A DNA stretch of 64,000 nucleotides from an uncultured Spirochaetaceae bacterium. Its GTDB lineage: Bacteria > Spirochaetota > Spirochaetia > Treponematales > Treponemataceae. The notes beneath the pieces were generated by a model. It had not been told where the DNA came from and did no database searches. It saw only the letters and a program-made list of their open reading frames with translations. The stretch covers positions 4,347 through 68,346 of the forward strand of contig CACYWZ010000005.1 in NCBI GenBank assembly GCA_902778325.1, read 5' to 3'. Shown in pieces: positions 1 to 10,367 of the stretch; within the stretch, counting starts at the first letter, position 1; every line of letters begins with the position of its first letter. The translations under genes and the position numbers were made by a program.

Positions 1-2
1 AT

Positions 3-1010
3 TCTAGAATTCTTGTAATGGACGAGCCGACTTCATCAATCTCTGACAAAGAGGTCGAGTTTTTGTTCAAGATAATGCGAACGCTCAAAAAAAAAGGCGT
101 CGGCATTATTTATATTTCGCACAAGATGAGCGAACTGTGGCAGATTTGCGACAGGGTTACTGTTATGCGCGACGGTCAGTATGTCGGCGTCAATGTAATC
201 AAAGAGATTTCAAAGGACGACCTCATCGCTCAGATGGTCGGTCGCACTCTTGAGCAGTATTATGTTAGAGATTTTTTGCCTACGGGCGATACTGTGCTCA
301 AAGTTGAGCATTTGTCTGACGGCAACATGGTCAAAGATGTTTCGTTCGAGCTAAAAAAAGGCGAAATCTTGGGGTTCGCCGGCTTGGTCGGAGCGGGAAG
401 AAGCGAGGCAATGCAGGCGATTTTCGGGCTTACGAAAAAATATAGCGGCAAAATCGTTTTGAACGGCAAGGAAGTGCATTTCAAGAGCGCAGTTCAGGCG
501 CTCGAAAGCGGAATGGCGCTTGTGCCCGAAGACCGAAAGCTCGATGGTCTTTATCTTATTCAGAGCGTCAAATACAACTCCACGATTGAAGTCTTGGGCG
601 ATTTCATCAAGGGCGTTTATCTTGACGCAAAAAAGGAAAACGACATTGCGCAAAAGTATGTGCGCATGATGAATACAAAAACTCCGACGCTGGAGCAAAC
701 AATCGGAAATCTTTCGGGTGGCAATCAGCAAAAAGTCATGATTGGCAGATGGCTTGCAACGAACCCGTCGATTCTGATTTTGGACGAGCCAACGCGAGGC
801 GTCGATGTCGGCGCAAAGGCGGAGATTTACACAATAATGAACTATCTGGCAAAGCAGGGGCTTTCAATAATTATGATTTCCTCCGAGCTTCCTGAGATTA
901 TCAATATGAGCGACCGCGTTTATGTTATGGCAAATGGCAAAGTTTCCGGCTGTCTTAATCATGACGAGGTTTCGCAAGAAAAAATAATGAGCCTTGCCGC
1001 AGAAGAATAA
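3..1010 (+). CDS. Sugar (ribose/xylose-type) ABC transporter ATP-binding protein, 5'-truncated by the window edge
   Basis: Frame is open from position 3 (SRILVMDEPTS). Second ABC domain has GEILGFAGLVGAGRSE, LSGGNQQK and DEPTRGVDVGAK, typical of RbsA/MglA. Confidence 0.92.
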   Translation, partial: SRILVMDEPTSSISDKEVEFLFKIMRTLKKKGVGIIYISHKMSELWQICDRVTVMRDGQYVGVNVIKEISKDDLIAQMVGRTLEQYYVRDFLPTGDTVLKVEHLSDGNMVKDVSFELKKGEILGFAGLVGAGRSEAMQAIFGLTKKYSGKIVLNGKEVHFKSAVQALESGMALVPEDRKLDGLYLIQSVKYNSTIEVLGDFIKGVYLDAKKENDIAQKYVRMMNTKTPTLEQTIGNLSGGNQQKVMIGRWLATNPSILILDEPTRGVDVGAKAEIYTIMNYLAKQGLSIIMISSELPEIINMSDRVYVMANGKVSGCLNHDEVSQEKIMSLAAEE

Positions 1011-1037
1011 GGCAAAAATAGTAAAAGGAGTTATTTT

Positions 1038-2024
1038 ATGGAAAATAAATTGCTTGGCGCGTCAAAGTTCAGCCGAAACATCATCGCATATCTTAAAATG
1101 AATATGGGAATCTTGATTGCATTTGCAGTCCTCTATCTGTTTTTGGCGATAAATCCCGCCACATCTGAAGCGTTTTTGACGCGGCAGAATATGTTCAATG
1201 TTTTGAGACAGATTTCCACAAACCTTTATATCGCTTGCGGAATGACGATGGTCATTATCTTGGGCGGCATCGACCTTTCAGTCGGTTCAATCATCGCGCT
1301 TTCAGGCTGTGTTGCTGCGGCTTGCGTCGCGCGCCACGGAATGCCGATTCCAGTCGCGCTTTTGATTGGAACTCTTCTCGGAGCAGCTTTCGGAATGATT
1401 AACGGCGTTGTCATCAGCAAAACGACGATTCCGCCGTTCATCGTAACGCTCGCAACAATGAATGTTGCACGCGGTTTTGCCTATGTCTACACGGGCGGCT
1501 CTCCTGTCCGCGTCGTCACAAAAGAATGGCAGTTCATCGGCGCGGGCTACATCGGAATGATTCCTGTTCCTGTCATAATCATGCTGCTTGTTCTCATCAC
1601 AACAGCGCTTTTGATGAACAACACTCGATTCGGACGCCACATTTACGCAGTTGGCGGCAATATTCAGGCTGCGCGCTTCTCCGGCATCTCAGTCGGCAAA
1701 GTGAAGTTCTGGGTTTACTCATTCTCAGGACTTATGGCAGGTCTTGCAGGCGTTGTCCTGGCTTCCCGAATGTACTCAGGACAGCCAACAGCAGGAAACG
1801 GTGCGGAAATGGACGCAATTGCGGCTGTCGTCGTCGGCGGAACGTCAATGGCGGGTGGCGCTGGAAAAATCGGCGGCACGATTATCGGCGCGCTCATCAT
1901 CGGCTTTTTGAACAACGGCTTGAACCTTCTCAACGTCAACTCGTTCTGGCAGTACGTCGTGAAAGGCATCGTAATTTTGCTTGCAGTCTTCGTTGATTTC
2001 ATCAGAAACCGCAATAAAAAATAA
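1038..2024 (+). CDS. Sugar ABC transporter permease (RbsC-like)
   Basis: Hydrophobic; GGIDLSVGS, TRFGRHIYAVGGN and MDAIAAVVVGGTS motifs; SD aggag upstream. Confidence 0.92.
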   Translation: MENKLLGASKFSRNIIAYLKMNMGILIAFAVLYLFLAINPATSEAFLTRQNMFNVLRQISTNLYIACGMTMVIILGGIDLSVGSIIALSGCVAAACVARHGMPIPVALLIGTLLGAAFGMINGVVISKTTIPPFIVTLATMNVARGFAYVYTGGSPVRVVTKEWQFIGAGYIGMIPVPVIIMLLVLITTALLMNNTRFGRHIYAVGGNIQAARFSGISVGKVKFWVYSFSGLMAGLAGVVLASRMYSGQPTAGNGAEMDAIAAVVVGGTSMAGGAGKIGGTIIGALIIGFLNNGLNLLNVNSFWQYVVKGIVILLAVFVDFIRNRNKK

Positions 2025-2026
2025 GT

Positions 2027-3514
2027 ATGAGCTATCTTTTAGGAATTGATTTGGGAACATCGAGCGTAAAAGCGCTCATAATGAGCGAGGTCGGAAAAGT
2101 CCTCGCTGTGAAATCAGAAGAATACGACGTTCAAAAGCCTTCTTCTGATTTTGCAGAGCAAAGCCCGGAACTTTGGTGGCAGAAAACAGCAAGCGCAATC
2201 CGAAAAGCACTTGCCGCTTCCGCCATAAGCGCAGACGAAATTGCAGGCATAGGATTTTCGGGACAAATGCACGGGCTTGTAGCGCTCGACAAAGAAGGAA
2301 AGAGCGTATGCCCCGCAATCATTTGGCTTGACCAGCGCTCAGTTCAGGAAGTCCGTGAGGTCAATGAAATCGCAAAAGATTTTATTGACACACAACTTTT
2401 GAACAAACCAAGCGCGGGAATGCTTCTTTGCTCTCTTTTGTGGCTCAAAAAACACAAAAAAGATTTATACGACAAAATCAGCGTCGTAATGCTTCCAAAA
2501 GATTATATCCGCTACCGACTCACTCTTGAAATCGGCACGGAAGAATCAGACGCGAGCGCGACATTGGCGTTTTCGCTCAAAGAAAGGCGATGGTGCAACG
2601 AGATGATAGAGAGTCTTGGTTTGGACACACGGCTTTTCCCAAAAGTGAGCAAGAGCATTGACACGGCGGGTTTCGTCTGTGAGAGCGCCGCAAAAGAGAC
2701 AGGGCTTTCAACAAAGACACGCGTTGTTTTTGGCGCGGGAGATGCGGCTTGCCAGCTTATCGGAAACGGGATTGTGAAAGAAGGCTATGTGTCTTGCAAC
2801 ATCGGGACAAGCGCTCAAATCGCAGTATCGCTGAACTCGCTCGTTTTCGACAAAAACAAGCAGCTTCAGACTTGGGTTCACGCAATTCCTGAGCATTATT
2901 ATATGCAAGGAGGAGCGCTAAACGGCGGCTTTACGCTAAAGTGGCTGAAAAAGCAAATCCTTGGCGATGAAAGAAGCTATGAAGAGCTTTGTTCTGACGC
3001 AGAAAACGTTGCTTCTGGCTCGGAAGGGCTGATTTTTCTTCCGTATCTTTCTGGCGAGAGGACGCCCGTGATGGATCCGTTTGCGCGAGGGGTGTTTTTC
3101 GGACTCAGCGCCAAACACACAAAAGCGCACATTATCCGCGCAACGATGGAAGGCGTTATCCACAATCTTTTTGAGTGCGCTTTGATTTTCGAGCGTCTTG
3201 ACGTGAAAAAAGAAAAGATTATCGCCTCAGGAGGAGCTGCGAGAGGGCGACTTTGGAAGCAAATACAGGCGGACATCTTCCAAATGCCCGTCTACACGAC
3301 AAAAAGTGAGGAGCAGGCGGGACTTGGTTCTGCAATTCTTGCGGGAGTCGGAAGTGGGATTTTCAAAAGCGTTGAGGAGGCTTGCGAAATAATCGTTCGC
3401 GACGACACAGAAGCGATTTTCCCGATTGAAAAGAACTTTCGTGTTTACAGCGAGCACCAGCAAATATTCAGGAGGCTTTACGAGCAGACAAAAGATTTAT
3501 TCGAGAGGCTTTAA
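2027..3514 (+). CDS. xylB: Xylulokinase / FGGY-family carbohydrate kinase
   Basis: LGIDLGTSSVKA, GFSGQMHG, PAIIWLDQRS and PYLSGERTP motifs. Confidence 0.85.
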   Translation: MSYLLGIDLGTSSVKALIMSEVGKVLAVKSEEYDVQKPSSDFAEQSPELWWQKTASAIRKALAASAISADEIAGIGFSGQMHGLVALDKEGKSVCPAIIWLDQRSVQEVREVNEIAKDFIDTQLLNKPSAGMLLCSLLWLKKHKKDLYDKISVVMLPKDYIRYRLTLEIGTEESDASATLAFSLKERRWCNEMIESLGLDTRLFPKVSKSIDTAGFVCESAAKETGLSTKTRVVFGAGDAACQLIGNGIVKEGYVSCNIGTSAQIAVSLNSLVFDKNKQLQTWVHAIPEHYYMQGGALNGGFTLKWLKKQILGDERSYEELCSDAENVASGSEGLIFLPYLSGERTPVMDPFARGVFFGLSAKHTKAHIIRATMEGVIHNLFECALIFERLDVKKEKIIASGGAARGRLWKQIQADIFQMPVYTTKSEEQAGLGSAILAGVGSGIFKSVEEACEIIVRDDTEAIFPIEKNFRVYSEHQQIFRRLYEQTKDLFERL

Positions 3515-3619
3515 GGCAGAAAAGCCATAAAAAGAACATCAAAAAAGATGCCAAAACTTCATATAACCCTACAAAAAAGACCGATTCAACACTGTTTCGG
3601 TCTTTTTTCATCTGAAAAT

Positions 3620-3865
3620 TCCTCGACTCACTATTGTTTTTCGCTTTTTTCACATGAAAAAGCCTTCGCTCACTAATGAGTCAGCGTTTTTTCGCGTGAA
3701 AATTGCTTCACTCACTAATGAGTCGCGCTTTTTTCAATGCGCTTGGCATGACTCAACGTTGTTTTTGGCAAAACGTATGTACGGCGATGGCAAATCAGTG
3801 TTGTTTTTGGCTCACCGTACGCACGGCGCTCTCGACGCAATGGTGAAACGGCTCACCGTATAAAA
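3620..3865. repeat. Degenerate intergenic array with 41-42-bp period
   Basis: CTCACTA at 3627, 3669 and 3711; GTTGTTTTTGGC at 3758 and 3800; CGTA core at 3774, 3816 and 3857. Contains CTCA-CTAA-TGAG hairpins. Confidence 0.7.
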
Positions 3866-3957
3866 AAACGACACAAGAAACCGACGTTTTTTGTGTACAA
3901 GCACGCCCACTTCTTTTTATCAGATAGTCGTACTATAATGAGAGCAAGAGGCAGAAC

Positions 3958-4350
3958 ATGGGAATCTACTTAAATCCGAACAACGACAACTTTGCGGAAA
4001 TCACGAGCAATGAAACCGACATTGACAAAACCATGATGATAAGCGCGCTCAACAAAATCATGAAAGTGAACAACAAATATGTTTGCGTCTCTCGCCCTCG
4101 CCGATTCGGAAAGACGATTGCCAGCAACATGCTTTCGGCGTACTTTTCAAAAGGAGGTGATTCAAGAGAGCCTTTCGCTCCGTACAAAATCAGCCATGAC
4201 ACCAGCTTCGAGAGCAATTTGAACAAACTGAACGTCATCAAAATCGATGTTAACAGCGAATTCAAGAACGAGCGGGACAAAGAGAACCTTCTGAACAATT
4301 TTCAGAACAAAATTGTTTCTGAGTTCATCGAGCAGTTCATGAAGGATTAA
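3958..4350 (+). pseudogene. N-terminal fragment of an AAA-ATPase-like (PD-(D/E)XK-associated) protein
   Basis: MGIYLNP start and SRPRRFGKT motif, but only 130 aa (homologues are typically about 500 aa); stops 1 nt before the recombinase start. Confidence 0.75.
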
Positions 4351-4351
4351 A

Positions 4352-4993
4352 ATGACATACGGATACATTCGAGTCAGTACAAACAAACAGACCGTAGAAA
4401 ACCAGCGCTTTGAAATCCTTGAGTTTTGCAAAAAGCAACACCTCAGCGTTGACGCATGGATTGAAGAGACCGTCAGCGGCACTGTTGCACCAAAAAGGCG
4501 TGAACTCGGAAAACTCCTTTCGTGCGTGAAGAGCGGCGACATCATAATTTGCTCGGAGCTCTCGCGCCTTGGACGAAGCCTTTTTATGATTATGTCGGTT
4601 TTGAATATCTTAATGGAAAAAGGCGCGCGTGTTTGGACGATAAAAGACAATTTCAGGCTTGGCGACGACATTCAAAGCAAAGTCCTTGCGTTCGCGTTCG
4701 CCCTTAGCGCAGAAATCGAGCGAAATCTTATCAGCCAGCGCACAAAAGAAGCGCTTGAGCGAAAAAAGAGCGAAGGCAAAAAACTAGGGCGTCCGATTGG
4801 AACGCTTGCGAAAAAGAGCAAACTTGATGGCGCAGAATTGGCGATAAGTCTTATGCTTTTTTCGGGGACAAGCATAAATCAAATGTCGAAACTTTACGGA
4901 ATTCACAGGAAAACGATAAAACTTTTCATCTTCAAAAAGAAATTGGATTCTGACACGAACTTTCGAAAGATAAAAAAACTTTTGACGGAATAG
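4352..4993 (+). CDS. Serine recombinase (resolvase/invertase, Mpi-like)
   Basis: YGYIRVST catalytic motif, SELSRLGRS, AEIERNLISQRTKEAL...GKKLGRP, C-terminal HTH. Confidence 0.9.
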   Translation: MTYGYIRVSTNKQTVENQRFEILEFCKKQHLSVDAWIEETVSGTVAPKRRELGKLLSCVKSGDIIICSELSRLGRSLFMIMSVLNILMEKGARVWTIKDNFRLGDDIQSKVLAFAFALSAEIERNLISQRTKEALERKKSEGKKLGRPIGTLAKKSKLDGAELAISLMLFSGTSINQMSKLYGIHRKTIKLFIFKKKLDSDTNFRKIKKLLTE

Positions 4994-5060
4994 AAAAGAG
5001 CGCATATATGTATTATATTTGCATTATGCTATAATCTTTTTTTGAAAAAGGGTGGTAAAA

Positions 5061-6380
5061 ATGAAAACTATGAATAGCGACACAAAAAACGTCGGTTTAA
5101 AGGGTACAAGTAAAGAGACAACATCCACAAATGCTGAAAATTGTCACACGGATTCGAGATTCCTAACGGAATCTCAGGGAAAATTAAATTTCATTGACCT
5201 CTTTGCTGGTTGTGGTGGGTTAAGCGAAGGATTTTATAAAGAAGGATTTAATGCACTTCTTCATTTAGAAATTGATTCTGCTGCTTGTAAAACTTTACAA
5301 ACTCGGATGAAACATTATGGCTATTCAGATGAAAAAATCGAAAAGGCTGTTCTGTGCGATGACATAACTCGTAAGGAAATAATCAAAGAAATAGATTCAA
5401 GAATCTCTGACAAAGTTGATTTGATAATTGGAGGACCTCCTTGTCAAGCATTCTCAACACAAGGACGAGCTCAAGACCCAAATGGAATGCGAAATGATCC
5501 AAGAAATTTTCTCTTCGAAAACTATCTTCAGATTCTAAATCATTTTAAACCCAAATTTTTTATTTTTGAAAATGTCAAAGGTCTTCTCACTGCAAAACCT
5601 ACTGGCACAAAAATTTTTGACTCCATCATCTCAAAAATGCGTGTGACTTACAAAGTCAGTAGTGATCCCAAAACTATTTTATTGAATTCCGCAGATTATG
5701 GCGTTCCCCAAATTAGGCAAAGGGTAATTCTTGTTGGGGTTCGTAATGATTTACCTATTGAGCCAGAAGAAATCTATTCATTTATCACAAAAACTAACAG
5801 TGAAAAAAAATCTGAAAATTTACCACCTTATGTAACTGTTCGGGAAGCAATTTCTGATTTACCAAAAATTCAGGCTGGAGAAGGAGCTGATAAATTAAAT
5901 TTTCAAGAATCTGGAAGTTTAAGTGACTATATTTCAAAAATTCGAGATGACAATTTCGGATTTGTTTATAACCACAAAGCACGAGTTCATAACGAAAAAG
6001 ACAAAGAACGCTACAGAATTTTAAGTTCTCATGGAAATTGGCAATTAAAAGATTTACAGACCATCCGACCTGATTTAATAAATCACGATCCAAAACATTT
6101 TGGAAATCGCTACACAGTTCAAGAATGGGATAAACCCGCAAAAACAATTTGTGCTCATCTTTATAAAGATGGCAATCTTTTTATACATCCAGATCCAGAT
6201 CAAGCAAGAACTTTTACAGTGAGAGAGGCTGCAAGAGTTCAATCTTTTCCTGATGATTTTTATTTTGAAGGTTCTCGGACAGACCAATTTAAGCAGGTAG
6301 GAAATGCTGTACCTCCATTAATGGCACAGGCATTCGCGAAGGCATTAAAGCAAGCTTTCAAGGAAGTTGAAAATGTATAA
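5061..6380 (+). CDS. C5-cytosine DNA methyltransferase (M1 of an LlaJI-like system)
   Basis: DLFAGCGG, GGPPCQ, ENVKG, PQIRQR and QVGNAVPP motifs. Confidence 0.93.
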   Translation: MKTMNSDTKNVGLKGTSKETTSTNAENCHTDSRFLTESQGKLNFIDLFAGCGGLSEGFYKEGFNALLHLEIDSAACKTLQTRMKHYGYSDEKIEKAVLCDDITRKEIIKEIDSRISDKVDLIIGGPPCQAFSTQGRAQDPNGMRNDPRNFLFENYLQILNHFKPKFFIFENVKGLLTAKPTGTKIFDSIISKMRVTYKVSSDPKTILLNSADYGVPQIRQRVILVGVRNDLPIEPEEIYSFITKTNSEKKSENLPPYVTVREAISDLPKIQAGEGADKLNFQESGSLSDYISKIRDDNFGFVYNHKARVHNEKDKERYRILSSHGNWQLKDLQTIRPDLINHDPKHFGNRYTVQEWDKPAKTICAHLYKDGNLFIHPDPDQARTFTVREAARVQSFPDDFYFEGSRTDQFKQVGNAVPPLMAQAFAKALKQAFKEVENV

Positions 6381-7548
6381 CTTCATTGATTTGTTTTGCG
6401 GTGCTGGAGGTTTTTCAACAGGTCTTGAATTGGCAGGATTTAATTGCATTGGTGGAATTGATAATGTGGATGTGATTGTAAAAACTCATGCCTTGAATCA
6501 TAAAAACTCAAAATCAATTTGCGGTGACATTCGACAAATTCCACCTGCAAGATTTGCAGAAATACTCGGAAATCAAAAAGTTGATGTAATCATCGGTGGA
6601 CCACCGTGTCCAACATTTTCAACAATTGGCGATGCAAAAATTCGCTCTGTAACAGGAAAACCAACAGAAGAAGATCCTCGAAATCAACTGTTTTTGGAAT
6701 ATCTCAAATACGTTGATTATTTCCGACCTGAAATTTTTGTAATAGAAAATGTTCCAAATTTCATTACAAAATACAAAGGGAAAATTTTCAACACTGCCGT
6801 AGAGATTATCGAATCGATAGGGAAAGACGAGAATAACGGAATCGGGATATACGAAGTTATAAAACCTGTTCAAGTTCTTAATGCAGTTTACTATGGTGTT
6901 CCCCAGACAAGAAAGAGGATGCTTCTCGTTGCTCACAAACGGAATTCAAAAAAATTTGAATATCCAAAACCTACGCATTTTTTTGACCAAGAAGATAAAA
7001 CGGGGTTAACACATTTTGTAACTGTAGGAGATGCAATTGGTGATTTACCAACTATTACAGACAATTGGCGAATTTCTGATTGTGAGTATTCGAAAAAATC
7101 AAATCTTTCTGAATACCAAAAAATAATGCGAGCAAATAACAATTCGAACATCGTCTCTAACAATATTTGCCGTATGTCAAATGAAAGAGCAAAAAAGGTT
7201 TTTACTCACATGAAGCAAGGAAGTATTTATATGGATTTACCAAAAGAGATTCGACAAATACTTCCGTTTAGAGAAGATATTTTCAAAGACAGATTAAAAC
7301 GACTTATAAGTGACCAACCATCTTGGACAGTTTTAGCTCATATTGGAATGGATGGCTATATGTATATTCATCCCACAGAAAATAGAACTTTGTCGGTTCG
7401 TGAAGCTGCAAGGATACAGTCTTTTCCTGATGATTTTAAATTTGTAGGAAATCAACAGGAAACTTATGTGCAAGTTGGTAATGCTGTTCCACCACTTTTA
7501 GGAAAAGCAATAGGCGAAAGTTTAATGAAATATTTGAGAGAGGAATAA
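6373..7548 (+). CDS. C5-cytosine DNA methyltransferase (M2 of an LlaJI-like system)
   Basis: DLFCGAGG, GGPPCP, ENVP, PQTRKR and QVGNAVPP motifs; overlaps the end of M1. Confidence 0.93.
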   Translation: MYNFIDLFCGAGGFSTGLELAGFNCIGGIDNVDVIVKTHALNHKNSKSICGDIRQIPPARFAEILGNQKVDVIIGGPPCPTFSTIGDAKIRSVTGKPTEEDPRNQLFLEYLKYVDYFRPEIFVIENVPNFITKYKGKIFNTAVEIIESIGKDENNGIGIYEVIKPVQVLNAVYYGVPQTRKRMLLVAHKRNSKKFEYPKPTHFFDQEDKTGLTHFVTVGDAIGDLPTITDNWRISDCEYSKKSNLSEYQKIMRANNNSNIVSNNICRMSNERAKKVFTHMKQGSIYMDLPKEIRQILPFREDIFKDRLKRLISDQPSWTVLAHIGMDGYMYIHPTENRTLSVREAARIQSFPDDFKFVGNQQETYVQVGNAVPPLLGKAIGESLMKYLREE

Positions 7549-7553
7549 ATTTT

Positions 7554-9068
7554 ATGGAAATGATGGTTTTAAAGTTCAGAGCAAATGACTTGAATCCGAG
7601 TCTTGGAAAGCAGATAGAATTTAATCCTAATGTTATTAATACTTTCTTTAAATTTACAAATGATGTTGAAAATATTGTTTTTATTTATAAATCAATTTTT
7701 GATAATGATACAAATGATGAAACAAGAATAAATCTATCATTAAAAAAAAGTCCTGCAAGAGGAGATTACAAAATATACCAGAATGAAGATGGAGGGTTAT
7801 TTTTCAAGAACTTCCTTTTAGAAAACTTAAAACTCTCAGACAGAAATATTAATGACTATATTTCTATTAAAAAAATTGATAAAAATTCATTTTATTTTTC
7901 TTATATACCAGAAAGTTCAGAAATTGGTAAGTTTTTTAAGATGAATAACCTTGGATTACATGGCGGGAGTATAATCCAAAAAGAAGAAAACGAACAAAAT
8001 CAAAGCACTTCTTATGTCTTAAATTTCTCACAAATCATCTACTACGGAGTTCCTGGCTCTGGCAAATCACACAAAATCGACGAGGCAACAAAAGATTTGC
8101 CAGAAGACCAGAAAATGCGTGTCGTATTCCACCCAGAATACACGAACGCGGATTTCGTAGGGCAAATTTTGCCGAGCAACACAAGCGGAACAATTTCCTA
8201 CCAGTTCAAGCCGGGACCGTTCACAAAAATACTTCGCAGGGCGTATCTGAATCCATCAAAAAAATATTATCTCATCATTGAAGAAATAAACCGAGGGAAT
8301 GCCGCAGCTATATTTGGAGATGTATTTCAGCTGTTAGACAGAATAACGGATGGTAAGTCAGAAATAATTGGCGGATATTCTTATGGCAATGGCTGGAGCC
8401 GTTATTCAATAGAAAACGACTTTATGAACTGGTATATCCGTGAAAACCTTTATGCAAATCACAAACTGCAAAATGAAAATGACGGAATTGCAGAAAAATC
8501 AGACGAATCGCAAAAATCCATCGAAATTGGCAATCTTCATTTTTCTGCGCTTACAGGAATCCGCCTTCCGCCGAATCTTTCACTTTTTGCAACGATGAAC
8601 ACGAGCGACCAGAACGTGTTCACACTGGACAACGCGTTTCAGCGAAGATGGGACATGAAACTTGTGGAGAACAAGTTTGAAGGAGAAGACGCGGACGCAC
8701 AGCGCAACGCAAAAATTGGCGGAACAGAAGTTACTTGGGAAATTTTCCAGACGTTCATAAACAAAAAAATCGGAGAGAGTTCGTCTTCGGAGGGAATGAG
8801 CAGTATGGAAGATAAGAGGCTTGGATGTTGGTTTGTGAAAGCTGAAGATAATGGAGAGGAAAGCATAATCCCAAAAGAAAAGTTTGCGGAAAAAGTCCTA
8901 AAATATCTTTGGGACGACGCATTCAAATTTAATCACGACAACGTTTTTAACATTCAGGAAAACACTTCTTTTGAAAGCATTGTTGAAAGGTTCAAAGGAA
9001 AAGATGATGGCTCTTGCGACTGGAGCATATTCAAAGACACAAGTTTCATTCAATCAGCAAATGAGTAA
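7554..9068 (+). CDS. McrB-like AAA+ GTPase (LlaJI.R1-like)
   Basis: YYGVPGSGKS Walker A, EEINRGN Walker B and the McrB signature MNTSD. Confidence 0.88.
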   Translation: MEMMVLKFRANDLNPSLGKQIEFNPNVINTFFKFTNDVENIVFIYKSIFDNDTNDETRINLSLKKSPARGDYKIYQNEDGGLFFKNFLLENLKLSDRNINDYISIKKIDKNSFYFSYIPESSEIGKFFKMNNLGLHGGSIIQKEENEQNQSTSYVLNFSQIIYYGVPGSGKSHKIDEATKDLPEDQKMRVVFHPEYTNADFVGQILPSNTSGTISYQFKPGPFTKILRRAYLNPSKKYYLIIEEINRGNAAAIFGDVFQLLDRITDGKSEIIGGYSYGNGWSRYSIENDFMNWYIRENLYANHKLQNENDGIAEKSDESQKSIEIGNLHFSALTGIRLPPNLSLFATMNTSDQNVFTLDNAFQRRWDMKLVENKFEGEDADAQRNAKIGGTEVTWEIFQTFINKKIGESSSSEGMSSMEDKRLGCWFVKAEDNGEESIIPKEKFAEKVLKYLWDDAFKFNHDNVFNIQENTSFESIVERFKGKDDGSCDWSIFKDTSFIQSANE

Positions 9069-9077
9069 TAGGCAAAT

Positions 9078-10367
9078 ATGAACACCACTAAAGATTTTTC
9101 ATTCTCAAATATTTCTCTCAAGGACATTTGCGTTTACGACGCAAAACTCAAGGGCGATGAGTTCGTCGGAATCAAACATGAAAACGGGCATTTCCGCGTC
9201 CAGTTTCCACTCGGCTACCGCGCAGCAATTAATGAGAATGAAATCCGCAAGGACATTCTGAATCTTATTTCAGTGCTTTCCACTTTTTCGGACAATGAGG
9301 ACTCCTATATTCTGAACGACGCACAAAAAGCGCAGTCGAAAGCATTTCCGATTCATGCCTACATGTTTCTCATAAAAGATTTCCTTCAAAATGGCTATTA
9401 TTCAGAACGCGAGACAGTTTACAGCCACGTTCCATCAGGAAAAATAAACTGGAGCAGGACGATAAAGCAGGTAAAGCCGCAGTTGGTGGAAGGTTCTTCC
9501 GTGTATCTTGAATTTGTCACGAGAAAGACGAACCACAACGAAAATGCATTGATAAGCCAAATCCACAAAACACTTGTTTTCGAGAGTTTCTTAAAAATCG
9601 GGTGGCTTTTCTCTTCGTTCGTACCTCAAAAAGGCACGCTAAAATTCAACGCGAATATGTTCAGTTCCGTAATAAAGTCGAAAATATCACAGACTTTTGA
9701 GGAAAAGAAACTTATTCTATTCAAGAACATGCTTGCCATAATCGACTACATGAACTCTTCTTCCGAGGAAAAGTCATTTTATTATGGAACAGAGCATTTT
9801 GAAGGCGTTTGGGAGAGACTTGTCGATACAGTTTTCGGAGAAAGCGACAAGGAAAAGTTCTACCCGAAATGCCACTGGATTATTGAAGGCAAGGACGAAG
9901 CAAATTTCGGAAACGACATCTACAAAAAGTACTCCCTTCGTCCTGACACGATTATGATTATGGACAGAGGCAAAGACAGCCAAAAGATTTTCGTCCTTGA
10001 TTCAAAATACTACAAATACGGCATTTCAAAGCGCGACTTCGATTTGCCAGGCACAGGCTCAATCGTAAAGCAGATTGCTTACGCGGAATTCATCGAAGGA
10101 AAGCCCGATTCTCTTCCTGGCGACATGAAAAATGTCTTGAACGAAAAAGAGATATACAACGCGTTCATTCTTCCCGGAAGGCTTGAAGACAGTGGCAAAA
10201 AACTCGACTATTTTGGCTATTCGTGCGCAGATTTTAAAAATAAAACAGAAAAGGCTTATCATAAGATTTATGGATTCATTATCGATATGAAATTACTGAT
10301 GTATCAGCATCAGCCAAAAGACAAAAAATTAATTGCAGATTTAGCATATAAAATTTGCAGTATTTGA
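9078..10367 (+). CDS. LlaJI-family (McrC-like) restriction endonuclease subunit
   Basis: PD-(D/E)XK-type RPDTIM...VLDSKYY motif, FEGVWE; lies after an McrB-like gene and two C5 methyltransferases. Confidence 0.82.
   Translation: MNTTKDFSFSNISLKDICVYDAKLKGDEFVGIKHENGHFRVQFPLGYRAAINENEIRKDILNLISVLSTFSDNEDSYILNDAQKAQSKAFPIHAYMFLIKDFLQNGYYSERETVYSHVPSGKINWSRTIKQVKPQLVEGSSVYLEFVTRKTNHNENALISQIHKTLVFESFLKIGWLFSSFVPQKGTLKFNANMFSSVIKSKISQTFEEKKLILFKNMLAIIDYMNSSSEEKSFYYGTEHFEGVWERLVDTVFGESDKEKFYPKCHWIIEGKDEANFGNDIYKKYSLRPDTIMIMDRGKDSQKIFVLDSKYYKYGISKRDFDLPGTGSIVKQIAYAEFIEGKPDSLPGDMKNVLNEKEIYNAFILPGRLEDSGKKLDYFGYSCADFKNKTEKAYHKIYGFIIDMKLLMYQHQPKDKKLIADLAYKICSI

Noticed and set aside
4352-5060. Invertible promoter next to the Mpi-like recombinase
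   Set aside because: No pair of inverted repeats flanking a promoter was seen nearby by eye.
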